IMG/VR virus record: IMGVR_UViG_3300045135_002103
Span: 1 to 59,795 of that record
Origin: a virus
Lineage: Duplodnaviria > Caudoviricetes
DNA length: 59,795 bases
Reading direction: 5' to 3' (one strand)
The notes under the pieces were generated by a model. It saw only the letters and a program-made list of their open reading frames with translations. It searched no databases and had not been told where the DNA came from. Of the stretch, positions 26,642 to 36,728 are shown piece after piece; within the stretch, counting starts at the first letter, position 1; each line of letters starts with the position of its first letter. The position numbers were made by a program, and so were the translations under genes.

Positions 26642-27028
26642 ATGCTCGCACTTATTCTGGCACTCAGTGCCGTTGATTACGATCATCTTGCTAGGACTGT
26701 TCAGGTTGAGGCTGCAAAGGGGACCATGGATGAATACTGTGTTGCAGTCTCTGTCTTAAATCGTGTCAGGAGTCCCTATTTTCCAAACACGGTTGCTGAT
26801 GTAGTCTATGCTCCTGGTCAATATCAGGGGTTTGATTATCATAGACCTGTAGCAGATTCTAGAGTTGTTGCTCGACTAAAGGATAATAGCAAGATGCTCA
26901 CAGCATATAGTATCATCGGAGATCGTACAGACTTCAAAGGTCAAAGTCAGCTACCATATCGGGTTGCATCCGAAGATCCTATGTGTCATAATAAAGGAAA
27001 TTTCTACCACCACTTCTGGCAAAAATGA
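26642..27028 (+). CDS. SleB-like cell wall hydrolase
   Basis: LARTVQVEA...VLNRV...FPNTVADVVYAPGQY; TTGACA-N17-TATAAT promoter at 26584. Confidence 0.8.
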   Translation: MLALILALSAVDYDHLARTVQVEAAKGTMDEYCVAVSVLNRVRSPYFPNTVADVVYAPGQYQGFDYHRPVADSRVVARLKDNSKMLTAYSIIGDRTDFKGQSQLPYRVASEDPMCHNKGNFYHHFWQK

Positions 27029-27447
27029 TTATTAAAGCAATCAAAGAAACTCTGAGTGTTTTTACTAGAGAACCTGCTACAAGTGTAAACTGGACTAAGA
27101 CCACGGAAGAAAAAATTGAATGTGCTATCGATGATAACATCGTAGATTGTGCAGAAATGAATACTCCTCAATATGTTGGTATTCCTGCACCCGCATATCT
27201 AGAAGATGATGAATGGTTTGGTCCTGCTCCAATTCTCACAGAAAAACAAGAAGAATATATTCGACAACAAGAAGCAACTGAAAGACTGCATGAAGATATG
27301 CGTAGAGAGTCTGGGAATGTTGAGTCGAAAGATATTCATCAGGTGATGTATGATATGGCAACTAAGAACTCTGCCACTACTCTTCAACTTGATCCTATCG
27401 GTGGATCTGAAAACTTCCAAGGAGGTTCAGAGAATGTCCATCGATGA
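27025..27447 (+). CDS. hypothetical protein
   Basis: Track ORF, coupled. Confidence 0.6.
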   Translation: MIIKAIKETLSVFTREPATSVNWTKTTEEKIECAIDDNIVDCAEMNTPQYVGIPAPAYLEDDEWFGPAPILTEKQEEYIRQQEATERLHEDMRRESGNVESKDIHQVMYDMATKNSATTLQLDPIGGSENFQGGSENVHR

Positions 27448-27655
27448 TTGGCGATATAGTGACCATAAAATGAAAGTCAGAGAACAATCACTCAAAGTGT
27501 TGCTTTCAAAATTTGGTGGACAACTGAAAGATTCTATCCCTAAATATAGCAACCAATCAATCTATGAGTGTGTTCATGATTGGGTATCCCAAGGAAACAT
27601 GCACACTGCAGGGATTGTAAAATACTATGAGGCATATTATGCAAAAGGTAATTAA
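27434..27655 (+). CDS. hypothetical protein
   Basis: Trimmed track ORF after GGAGG. Confidence 0.6.
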   Translation: MSIDDWRYSDHKMKVREQSLKVLLSKFGGQLKDSIPKYSNQSIYECVHDWVSQGNMHTAGIVKYYEAYYAKGN

Positions 27656-27863
27656 TGTTTTAGCAGTTCTATCATTTGTAGGAACTGCAGGTATCATCGG
27701 TGGAGGAACATATATTTTCCTTCAGAAAGATGCTATCATTGATGGTATTAAGAAGCAGGTGACGGAAGCAGCAGTTGAGGGAGTATCGGGAGCACTTCCT
27801 GGTCTCATTGATGCTGCTATGCCTGAACTTCCCAATACTACTGGTCCCTCTGTTCCTTTTTGA
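27627..27863 (+). CDS. hypothetical membrane protein
   Basis: N-terminal TM segment. Confidence 0.6.
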   Translation: MRHIMQKVINVLAVLSFVGTAGIIGGGTYIFLQKDAIIDGIKKQVTEAAVEGVSGALPGLIDAAMPELPNTTGPSVPF

Positions 27864-27864
27864 T

Positions 27865-28542
27865 ATGAAAAAAATTATTATGAGTTTGTTGGCTGCAGCA
27901 GCAATGTCTGTTCCAGCACTTGCTGATCCAATTAACGAAGATGAGTACTTCACTCCCCATGCTCAGGGATGTATGTTACTCCTAGAGTGTACCGATCATG
28001 TCCAAGAACTCAAAACAGTTTCCGACCTTAACAAGCATAAGGAACTGTCTGATATTAATTACAGTATTGTTGCTAATGAGTTTAACTCTCTCGTCCGATC
28101 ACTTAATAAGGTCGGAGCTAGGGTTTTTCTAGCAGACATGCGATACTTCCCAGTTGGTCATCGTGGTGTCTATCATACTGTAGGCAACAACTTTTTTCTG
28201 AATGTTGCTCATATGCATCGTCCTGGCACTATGATGTCAGTGATGCGTCATGAGGGATGGCACGCTGCACAAGACTGTATGGCAGGAACAATTGAGAATA
28301 ACTTCATTGCCATTATTCACAATCAAGAGGATGTTCCAGAGATGTATCAGGCAATCGCAAAGAGTGCTTATCAGTCTCAACCAAAGGCAATCCCCTGGGA
28401 AAAGGAAGCATATTGGGCAGGACATACTGAAGGTATGACTGCAGCAGCACTTGAGTCTTGTGCTGCAGGAACTATGTGGACTGACTATGAACCCACACCT
28501 ATGACTCGTGAATGGTTGGTAGAAAATAACTACATTAAGTAA
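27865..28542 (+). CDS. secreted putative zinc metallopeptidase
   Basis: Signal peptide MKKIIMSLLAAAAMSVPALA; HEGWH (HExxH) and downstream E. Confidence 0.7.
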   Translation: MKKIIMSLLAAAAMSVPALADPINEDEYFTPHAQGCMLLLECTDHVQELKTVSDLNKHKELSDINYSIVANEFNSLVRSLNKVGARVFLADMRYFPVGHRGVYHTVGNNFFLNVAHMHRPGTMMSVMRHEGWHAAQDCMAGTIENNFIAIIHNQEDVPEMYQAIAKSAYQSQPKAIPWEKEAYWAGHTEGMTAAALESCAAGTMWTDYEPTPMTREWLVENNYIK

Positions 28543-28748
28543 TGCCAAGGAAAAAGAAGGAAGAATTTAAGTATACTAATTCTAAAGACAGTAAACTATT
28601 TCCACATAAAATATTTCCATGGAGACTTGAGGATAAAAAAGAAAATAAACTTTGTTGGTTTGAGTGTCAAGAACATGTCATAAAATATGTTGAAAGATAC
28701 AAACTAACTAAAACAGAGTATAAATGCCAGTTCAATACATCTAAATAA
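28542..28748 (+). CDS. hypothetical basic protein
   Basis: Track ORF, TAATG-coupled. Confidence 0.6.
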   Translation: MPRKKKEEFKYTNSKDSKLFPHKIFPWRLEDKKENKLCWFECQEHVIKYVERYKLTKTEYKCQFNTSK

Positions 28749-28768
28749 CTGAGACTTGCTACTCTACT

Positions 28769-29074
28769 ATGGCAGATACAAAACCCAAAGTAGAGAAGGA
28801 AGACCATGATGAAGATAAAAGTGAAGTTCTTGGTAATCTGGTGAAAGTCGTAGTACTTATTTGGTCTGCATCCCTTCTCACATTTAGTTACGTTAGACTT
28901 CCTAACGGTCAAAAGATTTTAGATTTTGATCCAACCTTCATTGCATCGGTCTTTTCTGGTTCATTAGCTGCATTTGGTTTGAGTCCTGCTAAAGCAGGTG
29001 GAAATAGTAATGGCAAAACAGTCAAAAAGAAAGAAGAAGAACCACCTGTAAGATCTGCGATAGAACCAAAATGA
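28769..29074 (+). CDS. two-TM hypothetical protein
   Basis: Two hydrophobic segments, DPTFIAS; CTAAATA late promoter. Confidence 0.65.
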   Translation: MADTKPKVEKEDHDEDKSEVLGNLVKVVVLIWSASLLTFSYVRLPNGQKILDFDPTFIASVFSGSLAAFGLSPAKAGGNSNGKTVKKKEEEPPVRSAIEPK

Positions 29075-29088
29075 TAGTTTAACTTAAT

Positions 29089-29292
29089 ATGAAGTTTGAT
29101 TTAGATATGGAAGATTTTACAATCATCCAAAATGCATTACATTATTATAAACATGTTGAGAAAAGAGGGCATTTTTCAACATTTGATGAAGAGCGTGTAA
29201 ATAGGTTGAGAGACAAATTGTCTTATCAATTGATACCCAGTAAAGATAGTAAAGATGGAACTGTTCCTTCGCCCTCTAGAAAATCCAAATGA
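29089..29292 (+). CDS. hypothetical protein
   Basis: Track ORF. Confidence 0.5.
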   Translation: MKFDLDMEDFTIIQNALHYYKHVEKRGHFSTFDEERVNRLRDKLSYQLIPSKDSKDGTVPSPSRKSK

Positions 29293-29461
29293 CCCAGTAT
29301 GGAGTGTGATTATTTCGATAATCATACTCCTTTTTGGTGTTGGTTATTATATTCGCTATATAATGCGTATGGCTTTTGATGAGTTGAACGATGCCAGAAC
29401 AGATCAACCAAAAGGACGCGGATCAGGATCAAATGATAGCACTCCTGACACACAGGATTGA
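29255..29461 (+). CDS. hypothetical membrane protein
   Basis: Track ORF with TM segment. Confidence 0.55.
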   Translation: MELFLRPLENPNDPVWSVIISIIILLFGVGYYIRYIMRMAFDELNDARTDQPKGRGSGSNDSTPDTQD

Positions 29462-29657
29462 AGATACTGAAAAAATGGCACAAGAACTTCGTGACCGTGT
29501 TCGTAAACTTGAAAGATGGGTGTGGGGTGCAGGTGCCATCATTACTGCTCTTATAACTATAGTTGGACTAGTCGAAGCAGTAGATTCAAAGGAGATCGAT
29601 TATGGGCGCAATGACACCACCAAGCAGGAAGTCGTGTTACAACTTCCGCGTAGTTGA
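29391..29657 (+). CDS. coiled-coil + TM hypothetical protein
   Basis: Heptad segment followed by hydrophobic helix. Confidence 0.6.
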   Translation: MPEQINQKDADQDQMIALLTHRIEDTEKMAQELRDRVRKLERWVWGAGAIITALITIVGLVEAVDSKEIDYGRNDTTKQEVVLQLPRS

Positions 29658-30060
29658 GATCAATAGAGTTCTTGATGGAGACACAATTGATGTCACCATT
29701 GATCTTGGATTTGATCTTTATAAGAAAGAAAGAGTTAGAGTTGCTGGTGTAGATACTCCAGAGAAAAGAACTAAAGACCTGGAAGAAAAAGAGTTAGGTT
29801 ATGATGCTACTAACTGGCTCAAGGAGAAACTAGAAGGTGCTATTTCTGGCGACGATGAACTCGCAGTTAGAACTGAACTGGTTGGTGGTGTGGGTAAGTA
29901 TGGTCGCCTTCTTGGTTGGTTATATATTGGAGATGCAGAAGTATCGTTAAATGAGCAGATGATCACCGAAGGATATGCCTGGGCATATGATGGTGGAACC
30001 AAGCAAAAGAATTTTGAAGAACTACGTGAAATTCGTAGAGCACACGGAACCTTAATATAA
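29602..30060 (+). CDS. staphylococcal nuclease (SNase)-like protein
   Basis: VLDGDT, RVAGVDTPE, KYGRLLG. Confidence 0.88.
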   Translation: MGAMTPPSRKSCYNFRVVEINRVLDGDTIDVTIDLGFDLYKKERVRVAGVDTPEKRTKDLEEKELGYDATNWLKEKLEGAISGDDELAVRTELVGGVGKYGRLLGWLYIGDAEVSLNEQMITEGYAWAYDGGTKQKNFEELREIRRAHGTLI

Positions 30061-30235
30061 GTTAGTTAAAAATTAATGAGAACTGTTAAATAGTTGATAT
30101 ATTTAGTATTATTATGGCACAATCTACAAGAAGAAAAAAAACTGTTTACGTTAACAACAGTGCATCAAACGAGTTCTTTCTCTTTGTTGCTTTTCACTCA
30201 GCAATGAATGCAATAGCGAATTTTTTCAAAGATGA

Positions 30236-31024
30236 TTGATGCCAATACCTGATATTCGTTTTAATGATATACAAATAAAGGATGTTTCAATCCCAGAAAT
30301 GCCAAGATGGATGTCATCAAATCCACCTCAGGCAATTCCAATTTACCCACCTGTGACAACGCAGGTGGGTGTTCCTATTGTCAATATGCCTGGATGTGTA
30401 GAGGCGCATATTGATAGTAGTGAGAATCAATCTCTTAAGGATGAAGATCCTAAAAATGTTAGAACCTTTTGTGATGCAGGAACTCCATCATTCAATCCAA
30501 TTGAATATGATGCAAATAAATTGGAGTATGAACATGAAGCACCAGAAGCACCTCCAATCAAACCTCCTGCTAAACCAGAGGCACCTCAAGCACCATCACC
30601 ACAGGTTCCTAAACAAACAACTCCAGAAAGACCTGAGTGCCCTACAAGAGCACAGCAGTTAAAAGATCCTGTAGGAAAAATCCTAGAGGGAAATAAAAAG
30701 ATCGTTGCATATGAAACAGTCGGGAAAGAATGTCTCCCAGTATTTGAGACACTTTCTATCCCCGACCAGATTATTCAGAACATACCATCAGCAGGTATGG
30801 TAACTACTACCGCCTCCATTGCGGTGGTAGCGACGAGTTCCGCACTCCTTGCAAAACCTCTTGCTGATCTTTTGTTAAAAGTGGTGAAACCGACTGTGAA
30901 GAAGGTAATGAAGAAGATTGCGACCTTACGGGGTAAGAAGATCCCGGTACAATCGAAGTCTGAGAGGATTTCTGAACAGAGGATTCGGAACCACGCGATC
31001 CGGAAACTGAAGGGGAAGGAATAG
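30236..31024 (+). CDS. Pro-rich membrane-anchored hypothetical protein
   Basis: Track ORF; Pro-rich linker, C-terminal hydrophobic and basic region. Confidence 0.7.
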   Translation: MMPIPDIRFNDIQIKDVSIPEMPRWMSSNPPQAIPIYPPVTTQVGVPIVNMPGCVEAHIDSSENQSLKDEDPKNVRTFCDAGTPSFNPIEYDANKLEYEHEAPEAPPIKPPAKPEAPQAPSPQVPKQTTPERPECPTRAQQLKDPVGKILEGNKKIVAYETVGKECLPVFETLSIPDQIIQNIPSAGMVTTTASIAVVATSSALLAKPLADLLLKVVKPTVKKVMKKIATLRGKKIPVQSKSERISEQRIRNHAIRKLKGKE

Positions 31025-31820
31025 TATGTAAATGTGGTTTGATATAGTTCACATTTTGAACTATAACATCAGCACATATCGCAGCATATCTACTCTTGGG
31101 GTGAAAAGTGATTCCTGCCTTCATTAACTCACCACAATTTTTAAGTCTGGCAATCTCAAAGTCTAATCTTTTATTAGCAGTCAACTGTTGTTGTAATGCA
31201 ATTTGAGTATCTGCTGCTTGCTTACATCTTTCTTGTAGTCCACCATCAAGTGGAAGGGAGAGTGTTGCGGAAAGACCAAGACTTGTACTGTAGTTTCTAG
31301 TCATACCAGTTCTTACTGGTTTTTGCCAAAGTTCATCTCCTGGGTTATCTGGAACACCATCTGGTTGCATCTCCATAACAGTGATGGTCATGTCAGCACC
31401 ATCTTCAAATGCTCTTACTTCATCACCATCTGCATTGATATATGTTCTATCATCATACCAAGTTTCCCAAGGGTAGTTTTTAACACTCTTTTGAACTTCG
31501 ACCATACGACCTTCAAAATCTCTTGCATCATATTGAGGTTCCATGTAAAAAGTTTCAAATGGATCCTTATCATTACGAGCATGAGTAATGTATGGTGTGA
31601 AATTCATAGTTGGTCCTTGACAACTAATACCCCCACCATATGTGTTAGTAATGTAAGGACCTTGTAAAACCTGAATGGCTTGATTGGTTACTGAACCTGA
31701 ACTGTTTGCGATTGGATTAGCAGTCGCAGAAACACCTCCCACATCAGCAGCACTGACGGGGGAGGATACTAATAACGCAATTACTGGGTAAAGATACTTG
31801 TGGTATCTGTTACCGAAGTA
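30807..31820 (-). CDS. exported hypothetical protein, start codon unclear
   Basis: Signal-like RYHKYLYPVIALLVSSPVSA then a structured Cys-containing domain; no ATG/GTG/TTG near the signal. Confidence 0.65.
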   Translation of the reverse strand, partial: YFGNRYHKYLYPVIALLVSSPVSAADVGGVSATANPIANSSGSVTNQAIQVLQGPYITNTYGGGISCQGPTMNFTPYITHARNDKDPFETFYMEPQYDARDFEGRMVEVQKSVKNYPWETWYDDRTYINADGDEVRAFEDGADMTITVMEMQPDGVPDNPGDELWQKPVRTGMTRNYSTSLGLSATLSLPLDGGLQERCKQAADTQIALQQQLTANKRLDFEIARLKNCGELMKAGITFHPKSRYAAICADVIVQNVNYIKPHLHTIPSPSVSGSRGSESSVQKSSQTSIVPGSSYPVRSQSSSLPSSQSVSPLLTKDQQEVLQGVRNSSLPPQWRR

Positions 31821-32251
31821 ACTTCTGTTACTCTTTGAATCACAGTTTGGTTTGTGACCCCAGGACCTTTGTAGGTTTGAGTAAACTGGAATGCTTCTCC
31901 AGGATTTGAGATTGTAAAATTCTGACCATTTAAATTTAGAGAGGAGTTTGGACTTGTTACTTGCCCCTCTGTTCCTCCCAGTGGATTTATCACCACTGAT
32001 GAGTTGTTCGTGCTTGGATTCAATGGTTGTCCGTTGTTGGAAACATTGTTTCCCGATACTGAATATTGCCATCCTGTTGAATAATCTATAGAGTTAATCG
32101 TTTCGGTCACTTTTGATGTTGTTTCTGTATGGCTAGTCATGGAGCCTTGAGTGAAATTTGGCACAACTGGAACTGAATATGAAGGTTGTGCCAATCCATG
32201 TATTACGCCAAGAACCAATCCAAGACCGATTGCTTCTTGTAATCTATCCAT
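31781..32251 (-). CDS. exported beta-rich hypothetical protein
   Basis: Signal peptide, VPVVPNFTQG, Thr/Ser/Asn-rich. Confidence 0.75.
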   Translation of the reverse strand: MDRLQEAIGLGLVLGVIHGLAQPSYSVPVVPNFTQGSMTSHTETTSKVTETINSIDYSTGWQYSVSGNNVSNNGQPLNPSTNNSSVVINPLGGTEGQVTSPNSSLNLNGQNFTISNPGEAFQFTQTYKGPGVTNQTVIQRVTEVTSVTDTTSIFTQ

Positions 32252-32748
32252 CAGTCTATTACAGTGATCTCAGATACAAATTGTCCTACAGCAGATGTAC
32301 CAGCTCCACCAGCTGTCAAAGTAATACCACCATCAGTTACAATAGTACCAGCTAAGGTATCCTTGGTTCCTGATGCATAAGAAGTTTGACTTGAGAAGTT
32401 ACCCACAGCACCTACAGAAGGAGCTGAAGTTGGAACTGCATCACCTTGTAAGAACGATGAACTAAATGAGAATGCTTCTCCAGAAGTTGCTTGTGTTGCA
32501 GTGATAGTGCCAGGATCGTAAATGCCACTAGAAATAGAACCAGTAGTTACGGCACCCGCATTTGTACCATCTGAAGTAGTTACATTAGATCCAGATATAC
32601 TGTATTGAGAACCCAGTCTAGTCGCAGTGGTTCTTGCAGTATCTACAGTTAATTGTACACTTGAACTCATTTTATGAACTAATCCTCCAGCATTAGCTGC
32701 AGATGTAGTCATTAGTAACATACCAAAAGCTAGTAACGCTTTTTTCAT
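32251..32748 (-). CDS. exported beta-rich hypothetical protein
   Basis: Signal peptide ending ANA; minus-strand CTAAATA late promoter at 32775-32781. Confidence 0.75.
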   Translation of the reverse strand: MKKALLAFGMLLMTTSAANAGGLVHKMSSSVQLTVDTARTTATRLGSQYSISGSNVTTSDGTNAGAVTTGSISSGIYDPGTITATQATSGEAFSFSSSFLQGDAVPTSAPSVGAVGNFSSQTSYASGTKDTLAGTIVTDGGITLTAGGAGTSAVGQFVSEITVID

Positions 32749-32949
32749 TAACTTATTACTATTAACGATAAAAGTATTTAGAACATAGTAGAATTACTTA
32801 AGCTATTAATGTATCCTGAAGAACAACAAACCTATTCTAGACACTTTTTTAAGTGGCGTCAAGTCTTGACTTAGTATTAAATATCACCTACATTACATAG
32901 GTCTTCGGGTTTTACCACTGTCCCCAAATGGGAACTACCAAATGGGGAC

Positions 32950-32983
32950 TTGACAAGTGGCGAAAACCGTAGTACTATAAATA
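32950..32983 (+). promoter_or_regulatory. psbA dual early/late promoter
   Basis: TTGACA-N17-TACTAT overlapping TATAAATA. Confidence 0.75.
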
Positions 32984-33024
32984 AGTCAACGGCTCAAGAA
33001 CGTTAAGTTCTGTAAAGTTGTAAC

Positions 33025-33131
33025 ACACCCCTTAAACCGAGACCTCTAGGGTGTCTAAAGCACGTCTCTCATATCCTGTCTAAGGGTGACAGGAAATAGT
33101 AACTCCACCATTTCCCTGATGGTCTTACTTT
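33025..33131 (+). ncRNA. PhotoRC-II-like RNA in the psbA 5' UTR
   Basis: GAGAC/GTCTC, TCCTGTC/GACAGGA, AGTAA..ACCAT/ATGGT..TTACT stems directly upstream of a phage psbA. Confidence 0.75.
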
Positions 33132-33144
33132 TTCGTACAAAACA

Positions 33145-34221
33145 ATGGCTACAACTCTTTCAAGGCAACAATCATCCACTTGGGAAAACTTCTGCGAGTG
33201 GGTAACATCTACCAATAACCGTCTCTATGTCGGTTGGTTCGGCGTTCTGATGATTCCAACTCTGTTGGCAGCAACTATCTGTTTCATCGTCGCCTTCATC
33301 GCTGCTCCTCCTGTGGACATCGATGGCATCCGTGAACCCGTCGCTGGTTCACTCATGTATGGTAACAACATCATCTCTGGTGCAGTTGTTCCCTCTTCCA
33401 ACGCAATTGGACTCCACTTCTATCCCATCTGGGAAGCCGCATCTCTCGATGAGTGGCTGTATAACGGTGGACCTTTCCAACTCGTAGTTTTCCACTTCCT
33501 GATCGGTATCTATGCCTACATGGGACGTGAGTGGGAACTTTCTTATCGTTTGGGTATGCGTCCTTGGATTTGCGTTGCATACTCTGCACCTGTTGCAGCA
33601 GCATCCGCAGTCTTCCTGGTCTATCCTTTCGGTCAAGGTTCTTTCTCTGACGCAATGCCCTTGGGTATCAGTGGCACCTTCAACTACATGCTTGTTTTCC
33701 AAGCAGAGCACAACATCCTGATGCACCCCTTCCACATGCTTGGAGTTGCTGGTGTCTTTGGTGGTTCACTGTTCTCCGCAATGCATGGTTCTCTGGTTAC
33801 CTCTTCTCTGGTTCGTGAAACCACCGAAACTGAGTCCCAGAACTATGGTTACAAGTTTGGTCAAGAAGAAGAGACCTATAACATTGTCGCCGCTCATGGT
33901 TACTTCGGTCGTCTGATCTTCCAGTATGCATCCTTTAACAACTCACGCTCTCTGCACTTCTTCCTCGCTGCGTGGCCTGTTGTCGGCATCTGGTTCACTG
34001 CTCTTGGTGTTAGCACCATGGCATTCAACCTTAACGGGTTCAACTTCAACCAGTCGATTGTTGAGTCTCAAGGCAAAGTGATCAACACTTGGGCAGACGT
34101 TCTGAACCGTGCTGGTCTTGGTATGGAAGTCATGCACGAGCGTAATGCTCACAACTTCCCACTTGACCTGGCTGCTGCTGAGTCCACTCCTGTGGCACTT
34201 CAAGCACCTGCTATCGGTTGA
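33145..34221 (+). CDS. psbA: photosystem II D1 protein (Glu130, high-light type)
   Basis: Full-length D1: [31 protein letters not shown]; no intron. Confidence 0.99.
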   Translation: MATTLSRQQSSTWENFCEWVTSTNNRLYVGWFGVLMIPTLLAATICFIVAFIAAPPVDIDGIREPVAGSLMYGNNIISGAVVPSSNAIGLHFYPIWEAASLDEWLYNGGPFQLVVFHFLIGIYAYMGREWELSYRLGMRPWICVAYSAPVAAASAVFLVYPFGQGSFSDAMPLGISGTFNYMLVFQAEHNILMHPFHMLGVAGVFGGSLFSAMHGSLVTSSLVRETTETESQNYGYKFGQEEETYNIVAAHGYFGRLIFQYASFNNSRSLHFFLAAWPVVGIWFTALGVSTMAFNLNGFNFNQSIVESQGKVINTWADVLNRAGLGMEVMHERNAHNFPLDLAAAESTPVALQAPAIG

Positions 34222-34246
34222 TACTAGACAAAAACTGAATATTACA

Positions 34247-34272
34247 AAGGCACCTTCGGGTGCCTTTTGTTT
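34247..34272 (+). terminator. intrinsic terminator
   Basis: AAGGCACC-TTCG-GGTGCCTT + T-rich tail. Confidence 0.88.
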
Positions 34273-34363
34273 TCTATGATAGACGATAACATTCCATATA
34301 AACTCAAAGAGATTATAATGGACACATGGCCTCAACTATACTGGTTAAACAAAGAGGAAAAAA

Positions 34364-34723
34364 ATGAGACTGGAACCATTGGAACCGGAAGAACGTATTA
34401 TGAGCGAACCAACGATTTTTGAACAAATTAATACACTAGTAGAAAAACTGAATTGGGAAACTGGTGATGATATTGCAGTTGAAGTTGGCGGAACTTCTGT
34501 TTATGAGATTGAAGGTGCTGGTACTAAGTGGGCACCTGTAAAAGGAACTCGTAAGTATAATAAAGATGCATTCATTATTATCAAAAACAGGTCTCGCAAT
34601 CCCACAGTTTCCTCTATTCCAAATCCTAATCTAAAAGGTCAACACCTTAAAACTGAGAAAGAACTCGCTGCCGAATTGAAGGAGCGTGATGACAAACTTA
34701 ATTACGACACTTATAGCAAATGA
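34364..34723 (+). CDS. conserved cyanophage hypothetical protein
   Basis: Track ORF with GAGG RBS. Confidence 0.7.
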   Translation: MRLEPLEPEERIMSEPTIFEQINTLVEKLNWETGDDIAVEVGGTSVYEIEGAGTKWAPVKGTRKYNKDAFIIIKNRSRNPTVSSIPNPNLKGQHLKTEKELAAELKERDDKLNYDTYSK

Positions 34724-35010
34724 CTTACACAATTACTTTAAAAGATGCTGACGGCACTGAAAATGTTGTTCAATGTTCCGAAGAAGAATATATTCTTGAT
34801 GCTGCTGAAGAAGCAGGTATTGATGTTTCGTATTCCTGTCGTGCCGGTGCTTGTTCATCTTGTGCAGGAAAACTTATCGAAGGTGAAGTTGATAACGAAG
34901 AACAGTCTTTTCTTGATGATGAACAGATGGAAGAAGGATTTATTCTTACTTGTGTTGCATATCCTAAATCCGATTGTACTATTCTTATAAATCAAGAAGA
35001 GAACCTTTGA
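34720..35010 (+). CDS. petF: plant-type [2Fe-2S] ferredoxin
   Basis: [11 protein letters not shown]...LTCVAYP. Confidence 0.95.
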   Translation: MTYTITLKDADGTENVVQCSEEEYILDAAEEAGIDVSYSCRAGACSSCAGKLIEGEVDNEEQSFLDDEQMEEGFILTCVAYPKSDCTILINQEENL

Positions 35011-35019
35011 TTTCCTTGG

Positions 35020-35223
35020 GTGTACCGAGAACCTCATCTTCAAAAGAAGTCTGACGAATGTGCTGTCATTTGGTATGAATGGCAGCATTTTCAGTATGAA
35101 GTAAAAGATGAAGAAAAAGCAAAAAAAATAAGAAAAAAATGGTGCGACTGTGTTACAGAATTTGGTGAAATGGTAAGTGAGGAAGTCAAAACAAATCCCA
35201 GATATCATGGTATACAGAAGTAA
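35020..35223 (+). CDS. hypothetical protein
   Basis: Track ORF. Confidence 0.55.
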   Translation: MYREPHLQKKSDECAVIWYEWQHFQYEVKDEEKAKKIRKKWCDCVTEFGEMVSEEVKTNPRYHGIQK

Positions 35224-35249
35224 TATATACTGCAGTTGAGTAAACTTAA

Positions 35250-35573
35250 ATGAAGTTTTTTCTCGCATTTCTTGCCACACTCTTTCTTGCTGCACCTGCT
35301 TGGGCTGTAGATGTCATGATGGGTGCCGATGGCAACCTAGTTTTTGAACCAGCAGAGATTACTATTTCTGCTGGCGAGTCAATTCATTTTGTAAATAATA
35401 TGCTCCCACCTCACAACGTTATTGTTGAGGATCATCCTGAATTGGGTCACGAAGCCCTGGCAATGTTACCAGGAGAAGAGTTCGATGTTGCATTTCCAGA
35501 AGCAGGAGACTATACTTACTGGTGTGGTCCTCACAAGGGAGCAGGTATGATTGGTACAGTACACGTAGAATGA
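35250..35573 (+). CDS. petE: plastocyanin
   Basis: Signal peptide, PHNV, YWCGPHKGAGM Cu ligands. Confidence 0.96.
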   Translation: MKFFLAFLATLFLAAPAWAVDVMMGADGNLVFEPAEITISAGESIHFVNNMLPPHNVIVEDHPELGHEALAMLPGEEFDVAFPEAGDYTYWCGPHKGAGMIGTVHVE

Positions 35574-35590
35574 AATACACACATAATTAC

Positions 35591-36244
35591 ATGAAAATTT
35601 TTCTTGACACCGCAGACACTGAAGTTATTAATGAATACTTTAAAACTGGATTGGTAGATGGTGTTACTACTAATCCCACTCTTATTATGAAAGCAGGCAA
35701 AAATCCTGATGATGTTTACCAAGAGATCAAAGATATTGGTGTGAAGGATATTAGCATGGAAGTTGTTGGTGATGAAGGTGAAATGTATCGTGAAGGCAAA
35801 CGTCTTTATGAAAAGTTTGGTAATGTATGTACAGTTAAAGTCCCATGTACGCGAGAAGGACTTGCAGTTTGTAAATCTCTCTCTGATCAGAACATTAAAG
35901 TTAATGTCACATTGATCTTTTGTGCTGCTCAGGCAGTCCTGGCAGCAAAGGCAGGGGCAACATACGTTTCCCCCTTTGTAGGGCGCTTAGACGACCAGTC
36001 AGTGGCAGGTCTGGAGGTTGTAAGATCTATCTCCGAACTGTATCGTATTCATGGAGTCAAGACTCAGGTTCTGTCTGCATCTATTCGTAGTGTCCAACGT
36101 GCTATTAGGTCGTGGTATAATGGTGCTCAAATTTGTACAATGCCACCAAAGGTATTTGATCAAATGTATGATCACATTTTGACAGATAAGGGACTTGAGA
36201 TTTTCGACAAAGATTGGGAGTCTGTAAATGCAAAAGTTCAATGA
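35591..36244 (+). CDS. talC: transaldolase (TalC family)
   Basis: IFLDTA, GVTTNPTL, VKVP, YVSPFVGR. Confidence 0.95.
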   Translation: MKIFLDTADTEVINEYFKTGLVDGVTTNPTLIMKAGKNPDDVYQEIKDIGVKDISMEVVGDEGEMYREGKRLYEKFGNVCTVKVPCTREGLAVCKSLSDQNIKVNVTLIFCAAQAVLAAKAGATYVSPFVGRLDDQSVAGLEVVRSISELYRIHGVKTQVLSASIRSVQRAIRSWYNGAQICTMPPKVFDQMYDHILTDKGLEIFDKDWESVNAKVQ

Positions 36245-36728
36245 GGTTACATTAAATATTACTGTATCAATCATTGATTTTCTTTATCAAGGTAGAGACT
36301 TTCAGCGTTTCTGGGTGCTTGAGGAAATTGCCCGAGCGCCCTATTTTGCATTCTTAAGTGTATTGCATTTGAGAGAATCTATGGGATTACGTGGACCAGA
36401 ACACATTTATCTGATGGAGGAACATTTTGCTCAAACACTTAACGAAACAGAACATCTGGAATATATGGAAAGTCGGGGCGGTAATGCTTATTGGGTGGAT
36501 CGCTTTTTCGCCAGACACCTTGTACTTATCTACTATTGGATCAACGTGGTTTATTATTGGATATCTCCTCGCTCTGCTTACCATCTCTCCTACGAAGTAG
36601 AGATTCATGCAGCAGAAACATATGGAAAGTATCTTGCGTTGAATGGGCATGATGATAAGATCCTTGAAATCTTAAACGATGAATTAGAACACTCAAAAGA
36701 ACTGCACAATGCTATGGAGATGATCTGA
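36228..36728 (+). CDS. ptox: plastoquinol terminal oxidase
   Basis: LEEIARAPY, NETEH, DELEH di-iron motifs. Confidence 0.92.
   Translation: MQKFNEVTLNITVSIIDFLYQGRDFQRFWVLEEIARAPYFAFLSVLHLRESMGLRGPEHIYLMEEHFAQTLNETEHLEYMESRGGNAYWVDRFFARHLVLIYYWINVVYYWISPRSAYHLSYEVEIHAAETYGKYLALNGHDDKILEILNDELEHSKELHNAMEMI

Noticed and set aside
33349-34335. Antisense ORFs over psbA
   Set aside because: Expected shadows of a strongly codon-biased gene; no RBS or motifs.
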